Assembly (NCBI GenBank): GCA_033581555.1
Contig: JAVQSZ010000003.1
Coordinates: forward strand, 10,654 to 74,653
Reading direction: 5' to 3'
DNA: 64,000 nt
Origin: Nitrososphaerota archaeon
Lineage (GTDB): Archaea > Thermoproteota > Nitrososphaeria_A > Caldarchaeales > Calditenuaceae
Shown here: positions 20,283 to 28,828 of the stretch, piece by piece
Numbering within the stretch: position 1 is the first letter of the stretch
Layout: the number at the start of each line of letters is the position of its first letter
The notes under the pieces: generated by a model
What the model saw: only the letters and a program-made list of their open reading frames with translations
What the model was told of the DNA's origin: nothing
Database searches by the model: none
Program-made: the position numbers and the translations under genes

Positions 20283-20816
20283 CTAACCCACCTCCGCCAG
20301 GCCCTTCAGGATCTTCGTCCTCTCGTCGATCAGCTTGTCGAACTCGGAGACCGCCGCCCTCACCTCTGAGAGCTTGGCCTTCCACTCGTCCGTCCCGGGT
20401 TCCCTGCCCATCAGCTCGGCGACCGAGGACCTGATCGACTCAGCCCTCTCGATCAGCGAGAGGTCGTGCCTGATCACCGCGTCCAGCTTGTCCTCCTTCA
20501 CCTTCACCGCGTCGAAGAGGCCCGCGTAGCCTGCGACCGCTTTGTCGATCCTCTGCGTCACCCTGTCCAGCTCGGCCCTGAGGTTCTCGAAGAGGAACTT
20601 GGAGTCCTGGTCGTACGCGAGCTTCCTGGCTGCAGAGGGCGAGAGCGGGGAGCTGAGGGACGCCCTGGCCTCCGAGAGCAGCGAGCTGACCTTCCTCCTC
20701 ACCAGGACGTCGGTCTCCCTCCTGACCTCCTTCTCCTTGTACCCCCTGTAACCGGGGACGTAGGAGATGATCCTCTCGAGGAGGCCCATCTCCCTCCTGA
20801 CGCGCTCGACGTCCAT
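20283..20816 (-). CDS. Conserved alpha-helical/coiled-coil hypothetical protein
   Basis: LERIISYVPGYRGYKEKEVRRETD, GYAGLFD; heptad-rich. Confidence 0.75.
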   Translation of the reverse strand: MDVERVRREMGLLERIISYVPGYRGYKEKEVRRETDVLVRRKVSSLLSEARASLSSPLSPSAARKLAYDQDSKFLFENLRAELDRVTQRIDKAVAGYAGLFDAVKVKEDKLDAVIRHDLSLIERAESIRSSVAELMGREPGTDEWKAKLSEVRAAVSEFDKLIDERTKILKGLAEVG

Positions 20817-20888
20817 TCGAGCCCTGTCATCAACCTACCGATATAAGGCCTACACCGACGAGCAGGCCGAACCTCTAAAAGGACCGAG

Positions 20889-21899
20889 TCACGTCATATC
20901 CCTCCTGTAGATCCTCTCGATCAAGCCCGGTTTCCTCCGCCCCTCCGTGACCGGCTCGTGGGCCTTCGCTGGTGCTAGGGCGGCCCTGGCGTAGTAGGCG
21001 GAGGCCGTCGCCATACCGGCAAGCGCGGTGACGGCCGTCAACCAGCTCGAACCCCAGATGACCGCAGCGAGCGTTATCCCCGCGACCAAGTGCAGCGCGG
21101 ATATGCCGAGGTAAGCTGCCCTCTCGGCGACCTCGGAGGGATACGTCGCGAGGATCACCCTCGACGACGATGCATCGATCATGGCCCTGTACTTCTTGCC
21201 CCGGAACTCATAGGTGACGTCCCAGACGGGGACGTAAACCAGCGAGAGCTCCCCGACCGAGATCTCGTCGGACCTGGACCTAACCTCGACGACCTCCCTC
21301 GAGATGAGCCTCGTCAGCTCCGCGGCGGCCGCCCTCTCTGCGGCCCTCCTCGCCTCTTCCCTGCTCACTGTGGCGCCGTGAAGGACGCCTCCGTGCCTCC
21401 TGACGTACTCGTGGCTGAAGTAGAGCCTCGCCCTCGAGACCGCGACCATCTCCCCCTCCACTGGAACCTCTCCGCTCGCGGGGACCGCGAACTCGATCAG
21501 CCTCTCGAAGCTCCCGGACTCCTCCCTCCGGATCAACTTGACGGTCCTGAAGCCCTTGCCGTCCGGATTCGAGTACTCCGCGTCCTCCCCGAGCCCGGTG
21601 AAGGCAGTCGAGGCACGGACGGTCGCGACCCAGAACGGATAGAAGTGGAGGCTCACTTCCCTGAGGACCATCTCCCTCGGGAGCGACTCGTCGTAGAGGT
21701 GCTGCTTCTCGGCCCAAAGCAGGAAGTTCTCTAAGGCCTTGCTGCTGTCGTAATGGACAGGTAGGACGTACCTCTTCTCCTCCTCGAAGGTCCTGAAGGT
21801 CACGCCGCAGTAGCCGCACCTGATCGCGACGTCTCCCTCCCTCACCTCGTGGGACGCGCCGCAGTTCGGGCACCGGTAAGTCCCAGCGACGCCGCTCAT
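20889..21899 (-). CDS. Zinc-ribbon protein (YdjG-like) with C-terminal TM pair
   Basis: CPNCGA..CGYCG; FYPFW and YVPVW...IDASS; two hydrophobic helices. Confidence 0.78.
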   Translation of the reverse strand: MSGVAGTYRCPNCGASHEVREGDVAIRCGYCGVTFRTFEEEKRYVLPVHYDSSKALENFLLWAEKQHLYDESLPREMVLREVSLHFYPFWVATVRASTAFTGLGEDAEYSNPDGKGFRTVKLIRREESGSFERLIEFAVPASGEVPVEGEMVAVSRARLYFSHEYVRRHGGVLHGATVSREEARRAAERAAAAELTRLISREVVEVRSRSDEISVGELSLVYVPVWDVTYEFRGKKYRAMIDASSSRVILATYPSEVAERAAYLGISALHLVAGITLAAVIWGSSWLTAVTALAGMATASAYYARAALAPAKAHEPVTEGRRKPGLIERIYRRDMT

Positions 21900-22897
21900 C
21901 CCTCGAGCACCCTCACGTCCTCCTCCTTCGAGAGCCTCTTCAACCTCTGGATTGCGGTCGCGGACCTCGCGGAGAGGTAACCCCAGAGCGCCGCTAGACC
22001 GGGCGGTAGGGCTAGGAGGATCAGCTTGGCTTCTAGGCTGACGTCCTCGTAGAGGAGGGGCTCGATGACTGGTCCCAGCGCAGCGGTGGCGAGCACCGCA
22101 CCTGCTCCTACGAGCATCCACTTCGCCCTCCTCAGCAGGCTTACCGGAGCCTCCGCCTTCAGCACCTTCACCCCACCCTCCGCGCCGTCGACGCAGAGCC
22201 TGTAGGACTTCCCTCGGGACTCGTACCGGGCCTCGACCACTGGGTAGAGGACGAGCCTGATCGAGGAGCGGTCCGTCTCGGTGTAGCAGTCGAAGACCTT
22301 CGTCGCCATCGACTCAACCCTCGACCTGTGCGCGTCGGCGGCCCCTACCTCGGCGGATTTCCAGGCCTCCTCTTCGGTGAGCTCGGATCCCAAGACCTCC
22401 CAGCCCCTCAGCGCTCCTGGGTCGAGCCCTCCAGCGGCTTCGTAGCGCGTCAGCGCGCTCCACTTCACCGCCCCGAGCCCGAATATCGACTCGAACTTCC
22501 TCCCGTAAACCGCGACCGCGAGCCTCTCGTCGAGCGTGCCCGTCACGGGATAGTAGACCTTATAGACCGTCGTTCTGCGTCCAGTGGATCTGGTCTTGTG
22601 CTCGACCTTGTACCCGTTGTAACGGGTTCTCGCCCTCAGCTCCGCCACCCAGACCGGGACTGCGACGAACCTGACGTCCCGTATCGAGGCCCCCTTTCCT
22701 CCCTCCTTACGGACCGCGCGCTCCACGAAGTCCCTCAGCTCCTGAGCGCGGGCCGGACGGACCATAAGGGGGCTGGCCCCCAAGGGGAAGGAGGACTCGA
22801 CGTGGCCGCAGTAAGAGCAGACGGAGACGACCGTGTCGGGAGAGAGCTCGATGGGGGCCCCGCAGTTCTGGCACCTGTGAGCGGCCTCCGTCAGCAT
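21896..22897 (-). CDS. Zinc-ribbon protein (YdjG-like) with C-terminal TM pair
   Basis: CQNCGAP..CSYCG; AVPVW and LYPVV...VDG; two hydrophobic helices. Confidence 0.78.
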   Translation of the reverse strand: MLTEAAHRCQNCGAPIELSPDTVVSVCSYCGHVESSFPLGASPLMVRPARAQELRDFVERAVRKEGGKGASIRDVRFVAVPVWVAELRARTRYNGYKVEHKTRSTGRRTTVYKVYYPVTGTLDERLAVAVYGRKFESIFGLGAVKWSALTRYEAAGGLDPGALRGWEVLGSELTEEEAWKSAEVGAADAHRSRVESMATKVFDCYTETDRSSIRLVLYPVVEARYESRGKSYRLCVDGAEGGVKVLKAEAPVSLLRRAKWMLVGAGAVLATAALGPVIEPLLYEDVSLEAKLILLALPPGLAALWGYLSARSATAIQRLKRLSKEEDVRVLEG

Positions 22898-22943
22898 CCC
22901 AGTCGGATCGGGGCTCGCAGCACTTATGGTTTAGGGCAGGGTG

Positions 22944-23492
22944 TTAGACCACGTTGACCCCGAACTCCGACCTGACGAACTCGATAGCCTCCTCCTTCGT
23001 CGGCCTGTGGGACCTCGGGATCCTGGACCTCCTTATCCTCCTGTTCTGGACTCTCAGGCCGGGCCTCGAGAGGTGGACGATCACGTCGAACCCGATCATC
23101 CCGAGCTCCGGGTCGTATCTCGTCCCGGGGACGTCGAGGTGCTCCTTGATCCCGAACGCGAAGTTCCCGTGCTCGTCGAAGCTCTCGGACCCGAGGGTGT
23201 TCTTCACCGCGTCCAGAGCCCTCCTCAGGAACTCGAGGGCCCTCTCGCCACGCAGGGTCACCATTACCGCGATCGGCTCGCCCTTGTGTATCCCGAAGCC
23301 CTTGATCGTCTTTTTCGCCTTCCTGACCGACGGCCTCTGACCGGTGAGCGACTCGACGATCTTCGCGGCCCTCTCGAGCCTGACGCCGGACTCGCCGACG
23401 CTGCAGTTCACCACCACCTTCTCCACCCTCAGCCTCCTCATCGGGTTCAAGGGGCTAGGCGCCTCTGTGCCCGTCACGGGAGCTTCAGCCAA
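22944..23492 (-). CDS. rpl5: Ribosomal protein L5 (uL5)
   Basis: NPMR...EKVVVNCSVGESG, VTLRG, GNFAFGIKEH. Confidence 0.96.
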   Translation of the reverse strand: MAEAPVTGTEAPSPLNPMRRLRVEKVVVNCSVGESGVRLERAAKIVESLTGQRPSVRKAKKTIKGFGIHKGEPIAVMVTLRGERALEFLRRALDAVKNTLGSESFDEHGNFAFGIKEHLDVPGTRYDPELGMIGFDVIVHLSRPGLRVQNRRIRRSRIPRSHRPTKEEAIEFVRSEFGVNVV

Positions 23493-24193
23493 GGCTCTCC
23501 CTCACCCACCGGCATGACGTAGTCGAGGACCGTGGATATCGTTCCCTCCGAGGTCTGGACGGTCACCAGCTGCTTCGCCGGGTACCGCCTCACCTCTTCG
23601 TAGCTGAGGATGGGGCCGTGGAGACCGCTCCTCGAACCCCTGAAGATCAGGCCGTACTTTCCAGGGGAGAACTTCAGGTGCGCTAACACCTTCCCGGAAG
23701 GCAACTCGACCTTGAAGACGTCGTGGGTCATGATCGACCGCTCCCTCTCGGTCGGGTCCTTGAGGAGGACGTTGCGGCCGTCGTGGAGGGTGAATTGGAG
23801 GGCCCCGCCCTTAACGTGCTGCTTCCTGACTATCAGTCCGAGCTTGAACCCTGACTCCCTCCCGTCGATCTCGAGGAGCCCCAGTCCCTTCCGGTAAAGC
23901 GGGAGGACCCGGTAATTCTCTCCGGTCTCGGGGAACGTGAGGACGTCCATCAGCCCAACCGGGAACCTGGGCTCCCTGACGGTCCTGCCGTCGACCGCGA
24001 TCTTCCCCGACTTGACGATCGTCTCGGCCTCCCTCGCGGTCGACGCCCTACCGAGCCAGTCCCTGATCACCACCAGGATCGGGACGCTGTACTCCTTCGG
24101 GTGAGGCCCAGGACTCGGGACCGGTGCCCACTTCTTCTCCTTGACCGGGATCCTGAAGGTGACCGGTGCGGCGTACCTCCTGAGGTGCGTCAG
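23474..24193 (-). CDS. rps4e: Ribosomal protein S4e; conserved N-terminus extends to a CTG at 24193
   Basis: Manual translation upstream of the ORF track start gives LTHLRRYAAP...PSPGPH; FPVGLMDV and HDGRN motifs. Confidence 0.93.
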   Translation of the reverse strand: MTHLRRYAAPVTFRIPVKEKKWAPVPSPGPHPKEYSVPILVVIRDWLGRASTAREAETIVKSGKIAVDGRTVREPRFPVGLMDVLTFPETGENYRVLPLYRKGLGLLEIDGRESGFKLGLIVRKQHVKGGALQFTLHDGRNVLLKDPTERERSIMTHDVFKVELPSGKVLAHLKFSPGKYGLIFRGSRSGLHGPILSYEEVRRYPAKQLVTVQTSEGTISTVLDYVMPVGEGEPWLKLP

Positions 24194-24588
24194 CCCTCTT
24201 CACCCTTCCAGGCCCTCAGCGCATCCCTGCCCTCCTCAAGTAGCTTCCTGCGGTATTCGTCGCCCAAGTCGAGACTCACCAGCATCACGTTGGAGACGTG
24301 TACCGGGACGTTCACGTTCGTACCGTCGGCCTTCTTCCTAGTGACGTTCTCGAGGTAGACGAACTGCCTCCGCCTGTCGACCCTGATCACCTTCGCCGTG
24401 ATGCCCCTGTACTCTCCCCTCAGGACCTTGACCGTGTCTCCGACCCTCACAGGGACCGAACGCCTCCCGTACTTCTCCCTCAACTCCTTGGAGAGGTGGG
24501 CCGCCATCAGCTTGCTCGGGCTCTTGACAGCCAGCAGGGCCCTGAGCTTCCTCTGCTTCGAGGGCTTGGACGAGAGCATCGCCACCAC
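24190..24588 (-). CDS. rpl24: Ribosomal protein L24 (uL24)
   Basis: SSKPSKQRK, LSKELREKYG, GDTVKVLRG, HVSNV. Confidence 0.95.
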   Translation of the reverse strand: MVAMLSSKPSKQRKLRALLAVKSPSKLMAAHLSKELREKYGRRSVPVRVGDTVKVLRGEYRGITAKVIRVDRRRQFVYLENVTRKKADGTNVNVPVHVSNVMLVSLDLGDEYRRKLLEEGRDALRAWKGEEG

Positions 24589-25023
24589 CTAGACGATTAT
24601 CGAGGCGAGGTTCGCTATTTTCGGCCACCTCTCAGCGGCTTCCTTCGCGACCGGCCCCCTGATCTCCGTCGCCTTCACGTCGCCCTCCTTCGTCACGACG
24701 ACCGCGGCCGTGTCCTCGAAGGAGATCCAGGTCCCGTCGGGCCTCCTGTAGGGCTTCCTCTGCCTCACGATCACTGCGTAGAGGACCTTCTTCCTCAGCT
24801 CCACGTCGCCCTTCTTCACCGTCACGGCAACGAGGTCCCCGACGCAGGCGGCGGGCTGCCTCCTCAGCCTCTGCTTGATGCCGATCACGTTGATCACCTT
24901 TAGGACCTGTGCGCCCGAGTTGTCGGTGCAGTTGACGTAGGACCCGACGTTGATGGTCCTCGGTATGTTGGGCTTGACCAGCAGCAGGCCTACCTCGGCA
25001 ACCGCCCTGGACCTACGCGCCAA
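24589..25023 (-). CDS. rpl14: Ribosomal protein L14 (uL14)
   Basis: DNSGA, RQRKPYRRPDG, GPVAKEAAERW. Confidence 0.96.
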   Translation of the reverse strand: MARRSRAVAEVGLLLVKPNIPRTINVGSYVNCTDNSGAQVLKVINVIGIKQRLRRQPAACVGDLVAVTVKKGDVELRKKVLYAVIVRQRKPYRRPDGTWISFEDTAAVVVTKEGDVKATEIRGPVAKEAAERWPKIANLASIIV

Positions 25024-25360
25024 CCGCTCCTCCCCTCCTGCTCAGGTTCTCGATCACGACGAAGCTCTTGGTCTTGGAGATCGGCCTGCACTCCGCGAAC
25101 CTAACCGTGTCGCCGACCTCGACCTCGATGCACGGCGGCAGGTGGACCGAGATCCTCTTCCTCTTCCTCATGTACCTCTTGTACTTCCTGATGTAGATCG
25201 TGATGTCCCTCTCGACGACCACGGTCTTCCTCATGTACTTCTTGAAGACCCTGCCCTCGAGTATGATCCCCCTAACCTTCAGGTGCCCGTGGAAGGGGCA
25301 CTCCTCGTCGTCGCACTCCCTCGCCGGCGGCGTGACGTCTATCCCGATGTCCCTAGTCAT
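25013..25360 (-). CDS. rps17: Ribosomal protein S17 (uS17)
   Basis: CDDEECPFHG, KYKRY, ECRPISKTK. Confidence 0.96.
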   Translation of the reverse strand: MTRDIGIDVTPPARECDDEECPFHGHLKVRGIILEGRVFKKYMRKTVVVERDITIYIRKYKRYMRKRKRISVHLPPCIEVEVGDTVRFAECRPISKTKSFVVIENLSRRGGAVGA

Positions 25361-25553
25361 CTCCGATCTGGTAACCGGAACTAGTACCACTTTAATAACC
25401 ATGAGCGCGTTGCCTGCTCCTCCGATGCGCCGGGCGCGTGGCCTTCATCCGTCAGGCCGATCGGACCGCAGGGGCCGTTCAACCCGGGACGCCAGCCCAC
25501 CGCGTCGCAAACGCGCCGAGTGTCCTTAAATCGATGAGGTCGCGGCTCAGCGA

Positions 25554-26069
25554 GTGCGAGAGGTTCCTTGGGAAGGAGAGGGGCCTTACTTCGAGGACTT
25601 CAAGCCCGGCATGCGGATAAGGTCCTGGCCCGGCCGGACGTTCAGGGAGTGCGATAATCACCTATGGCTCTCAATCACCGGCGACTGCGTACCCCTCTAC
25701 GTCGACAGCGAGTTCGCCAAATCAACGGAGTTCAGGGGCACCGTCATCCATCCACTGATCGTCCTGAATGCGGCGATCGCCTTGAGCATAAAGGACACGA
25801 GCGTCAACAGCATCGCCTTCCTCGGTGCGGAGTACATGAGGACGCACAAGTACCTACGGCCGGGCGACACGCTCTACGTGGAGACCGAGGTGGTCGAGGT
25901 CCGCGAGTCGAGGTCGCGCCCTGAAGCGGGGATCGTGACGTGGATACACCGCGGCTACGACCAGAGGGGAGACTTGGTCTGCGAGGTCAAGAGGACCAAC
26001 TTGGTTTACAGGAGGGCCCACTCGCCTTGGAGGCGTTACCTCAGGGAGGCAGGGGTGGCGGGAAAGTGA
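25554..26069 (+). CDS. MaoC family dehydratase (hot-dog fold)
   Basis: GPYFEDFKPG...GRT...PLYVD...GDTLYVETEV...RESRSRPEAGIV. Confidence 0.88.
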   Translation: MREVPWEGEGPYFEDFKPGMRIRSWPGRTFRECDNHLWLSITGDCVPLYVDSEFAKSTEFRGTVIHPLIVLNAAIALSIKDTSVNSIAFLGAEYMRTHKYLRPGDTLYVETEVVEVRESRSRPEAGIVTWIHRGYDQRGDLVCEVKRTNLVYRRAHSPWRRYLREAGVAGK

Positions 26070-26566
26070 GCGAACACCTCGGCTACCAAGGGCTATTCTT
26101 CGAGGACCTGAAGAGCGGGCAGGTGATAGTTCACAGGCGCGGGAGGACGGTGACGTTCCAGGACAACCTGCTGCTCTCTCACCTCCTCCTCAACGCCTCG
26201 CCCCTTCACTTCGATGGCGAGTACATGGAGTTCACGGAGTTCAAACGACCGCTCCTCGTGATGACATTAGTGCTCGGGGTGACCGTCGGGATCGCCTCAG
26301 AGGACCTCAAGAACGTCGCGAGGGAGGTGGAGATCCGCGACCTGAGGATGACAGCCCCTGTCTTCGACGGAGACACCCTGCACGTCATCACAGAAGTGCT
26401 CGAGAGGCGCGAGGTGTCCGACAGGGTCGACGTCGGCGCGGTCGTGGTGCATCACAGGACCTACAAGGACGACTACTCGACGCTGGTGATGCAAGTCGAC
26501 CGAGAGCTGCAGATCTACCGAAAGGGGTGCCGTCCCGCGTGGCGACCCGAGCCTTCCGGCCCCTAA
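26066..26566 (+). CDS. MaoC family dehydratase (hot-dog fold)
   Basis: GLFFEDL...GRTVT...NASPLHFD...PVFDGDTL; GTGA overlap with the previous gene. Confidence 0.88.
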   Translation: MSEHLGYQGLFFEDLKSGQVIVHRRGRTVTFQDNLLLSHLLLNASPLHFDGEYMEFTEFKRPLLVMTLVLGVTVGIASEDLKNVAREVEIRDLRMTAPVFDGDTLHVITEVLERREVSDRVDVGAVVVHHRTYKDDYSTLVMQVDRELQIYRKGCRPAWRPEPSGP

Positions 26567-26653
26567 TACGTGGCACTCGAGCTCAGCTGTCCGGTCGGTG
26601 CCGAATTCGAATGAGGGTTCCGGTCGCGATGGTCGATCAACAGACGAGGGCAG

Positions 26654-26956
26654 TCAGTCGGGCTTCTCCCAGCCCCTTCTCTGCCTCTTCAGCCTCTCCG
26701 CAGGAGTGCCTAAAAGCCTGCGCCCCTCCGTCCTGATCCTGGTGCCGTCGCCGAGCTCTAACACCAGCTTCTCGCAGTTCGATTTGATCAGCCTCACGAC
26801 GTTACCATCGACCGTCCTCAGCGTGATGAGGTTCGCCGACTCGTCCACGATCACGCCCTCGAAGGTGCGGCCTCTCACTTTCGCGGTCGCCCTGTAGCCC
26901 AAAAGGGTAACAGGTGCCCTGAGCCGCTCACTTCCTCCGCGCGGCCTCCGACCCAA
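26654..26956 (-). CDS. rnp1: Ribonuclease P protein component 1 (Rpp29/POP4)
   Basis: LLG...EGVIVDES...EGRRLLGTPAERLK; conserved position after rpl29. Confidence 0.85.
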   Translation of the reverse strand: MGRRPRGGSERLRAPVTLLGYRATAKVRGRTFEGVIVDESANLITLRTVDGNVVRLIKSNCEKLVLELGDGTRIRTEGRRLLGTPAERLKRQRRGWEKPD

Positions 26957-27149
26957 CCCTCCTCTCCTGCAGGATCGTGAGGGCCCTCGCGAGGCTCCTC
27001 CTGAGGTTCCTGAGCCTCATGGGGTTCTCGACACGGCCTCCGGCCTCGATCTTCGTCCTGAGGGACCTGAGCTCGGTCTTGATCTCAGAGACCTCCTCGA
27101 GGAGCTCGGCGTCGGTCTTCTTCCTCAGCTCTTCCACTTCACGCACCAA
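26928..27149 (-). CDS. rpl29: Ribosomal protein L29 (uL29)
   Basis: ELR...ENPMRLRNLRRSLARALT. Confidence 0.93.
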   Translation of the reverse strand: MVREVEELRKKTDAELLEEVSEIKTELRSLRTKIEAGGRVENPMRLRNLRRSLARALTILQERRVGSEAARRK

Positions 27150-27753
27150 CCCTCTCCTCGCCCCCCTCGACTTTGACCTCCTCGACCAAGGGCTCGGTCG
27201 GCGGGTAGATCAGCACCTTGACGCCAAAGATCCCCGCCGGCAGCTGGACGTGCGCGACGCCCTTCCTCACCTTGGTCGCGTAGTACCCGGACTTCGGGAT
27301 CAGCCCGGCCGTGTACTTCTCGGACCTAGCCCTCGCAGAGGTGAGCTTCCCGCTGATGACGATCTCGGCACCCCTCGCGCCGGCCTCCATGATCCTCCTG
27401 AGGGCCCAGAACGCGATCCGCCTCCACCTTATCCCCGCGGCCATCGCCTGCGCGATCCTCTTCGCCATGATGTTCGGGTCCAGCTCGGGCGCCTCGACCT
27501 CCGAGACGACTATCTGCATGTTCTCGAGCTTGAACCTCTGCTCGAGCTCGGTCTGGAGCGCCTTGATCCTCTTCCCCCTCGGGCCTATCACCAGCCCAGG
27601 CCTCATCGTGTAGATGGTGACGGTCGTCCAGATCGGCGTCATCACGATGTCCACCTTCCCGATGAACGCGTCCTTGAGGTAGTTCCTCACGAACTCCTCT
27701 ATCTCCGCCTTGACCCTCGACCGGTTCAGCAACCTCTTCGTAGCAGCGTCCAA
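27139..27753 (-). CDS. rps3: Ribosomal protein S3 (uS3)
   Basis: RPGLVIGPRG, GARGAEIVISGKL, GIFGVKV. Confidence 0.96.
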   Translation of the reverse strand: MDAATKRLLNRSRVKAEIEEFVRNYLKDAFIGKVDIVMTPIWTTVTIYTMRPGLVIGPRGKRIKALQTELEQRFKLENMQIVVSEVEAPELDPNIMAKRIAQAMAAGIRWRRIAFWALRRIMEAGARGAEIVISGKLTSARARSEKYTAGLIPKSGYYATKVRKGVAHVQLPAGIFGVKVLIYPPTEPLVEEVKVEGGEERVGA

Positions 27754-27817
27754 CCCCGCGCACCTTCGGGCTCCGTCGCTATAAAGGTGTAAGGAGCGTG
27801 CCCAGCGGTGCCGGTGT

Positions 27818-28135
27818 CTATTTCTGCTTGGTCGCGACCTCCGCGCGGACCTGCCCTACCGCAGCCTCGACCGAGGTCCTCAGTGAAGAGGCCAAGTCCC
27901 TCAGCCTAGAGAGCCCCCTCTGCAGCACGGACCGGACCTCGTGCCCCGGCTTGACCCTCAGGACGAACCTGAGCCTCTGGTGAAGCGGATGGATGAGCGC
28001 GGTTCCCGCGTACTCGACCTCATCCATTCCGTTCAGGACTTCCTGAAGGGAGTCCAGGACGCTGAAGTCGACGCCTTCGACCTCGAGGACGAGGTGAAGG
28101 TCTGACCTCTCCACTACCTTGACGGTGATCCCCAA
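27818..28135 (-). CDS. rpoL: RNA polymerase subunit L (Rpo11)
   Basis: LEVEG...L...VEYAG...HPL; follows csl4; TTG start chosen manually. Confidence 0.85.
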   Translation of the reverse strand: MGITVKVVERSDLHLVLEVEGVDFSVLDSLQEVLNGMDEVEYAGTALIHPLHQRLRFVLRVKPGHEVRSVLQRGLSRLRDLASSLRTSVEAAVGQVRAEVATKQK

Positions 28136-28137
28136 AC

Positions 28138-28719
28138 TCAGCGCACCTGGACCATCGCGGCCGCCGGGAACATAAATAGCAATTTCCCGAAGTTCCGGTA
28201 GAGCGTCGAGACCTTTTTCCTGTACGTCCTCCTGCAGTTCCCGCAGTTCAGGAGGTTGACCCGCTCGACGAGAGGACTCCCGCAGACGTCGCAGAACCCC
28301 AGGACCAACCCGAGCTCCTTCCCCTCCACCGAGAGCGTGTAGGTGCCGAAGGTGTCGTCGACGACCTTCGCCACGACTAGGTCCCCGACGTTGTAGTCGA
28401 GGAGCTTCGAGGTCCTCAGTATCGCGCCGCTGTACCGCAGCACCTTCTTCGTCCCGGCCACGCCGAGGATGTCGCACCACATCACCTTGTCCTGGAGTTC
28501 CCTGACAGCCGCGAGCACGATGTCGCCGGGCCTCGGCTTGGCGTCCCTCGTTAGGGGCCTCAGGGAGACCTCGTGCTGCCTGAGGTCGTAGTGCACCACT
28601 CCAGCCCTCTTCGCCAGTATCTCGCCCCTCCTGTTCGCCCAGAGTCCGTACCTGTGCACGAACTCCTCGATCACGCCGACCCTATCGCCGGGCAGCACCA
28701 GTCTCTTCTCCGCCACCAT
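28138..28719 (-). CDS. csl4: Exosome RNA-binding protein Csl4
   Basis: VLPGD, PRPGDIV, LGLV...CDVCG...CGNC...RKK. Confidence 0.9.
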   Translation of the reverse strand: MVAEKRLVLPGDRVGVIEEFVHRYGLWANRRGEILAKRAGVVHYDLRQHEVSLRPLTRDAKPRPGDIVLAAVRELQDKVMWCDILGVAGTKKVLRYSGAILRTSKLLDYNVGDLVVAKVVDDTFGTYTLSVEGKELGLVLGFCDVCGSPLVERVNLLNCGNCRRTYRKKVSTLYRNFGKLLFMFPAAAMVQVR

Positions 28720-28828
28720 TCCGGTTCACAATCACCTCACGGCTATTATGGTTATCCCGGCACAAGTTTGAGCTCGCGTTGCAGACCTGAGAGAAACGCA
28801 GGGCCAGTTCCGAGTCCTGGTCGCTCCT

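Noticed and set aside
26590-26625. TTCGAAT suggesting a split-tRNA half
   Set aside because: No T-stem or acceptor pairing on either strand
28136-28480. Extended N-terminus of RpoL (220-aa ORF)
   Set aside because: Overlaps csl4 out of frame; the TTG at 28135 gives the expected size
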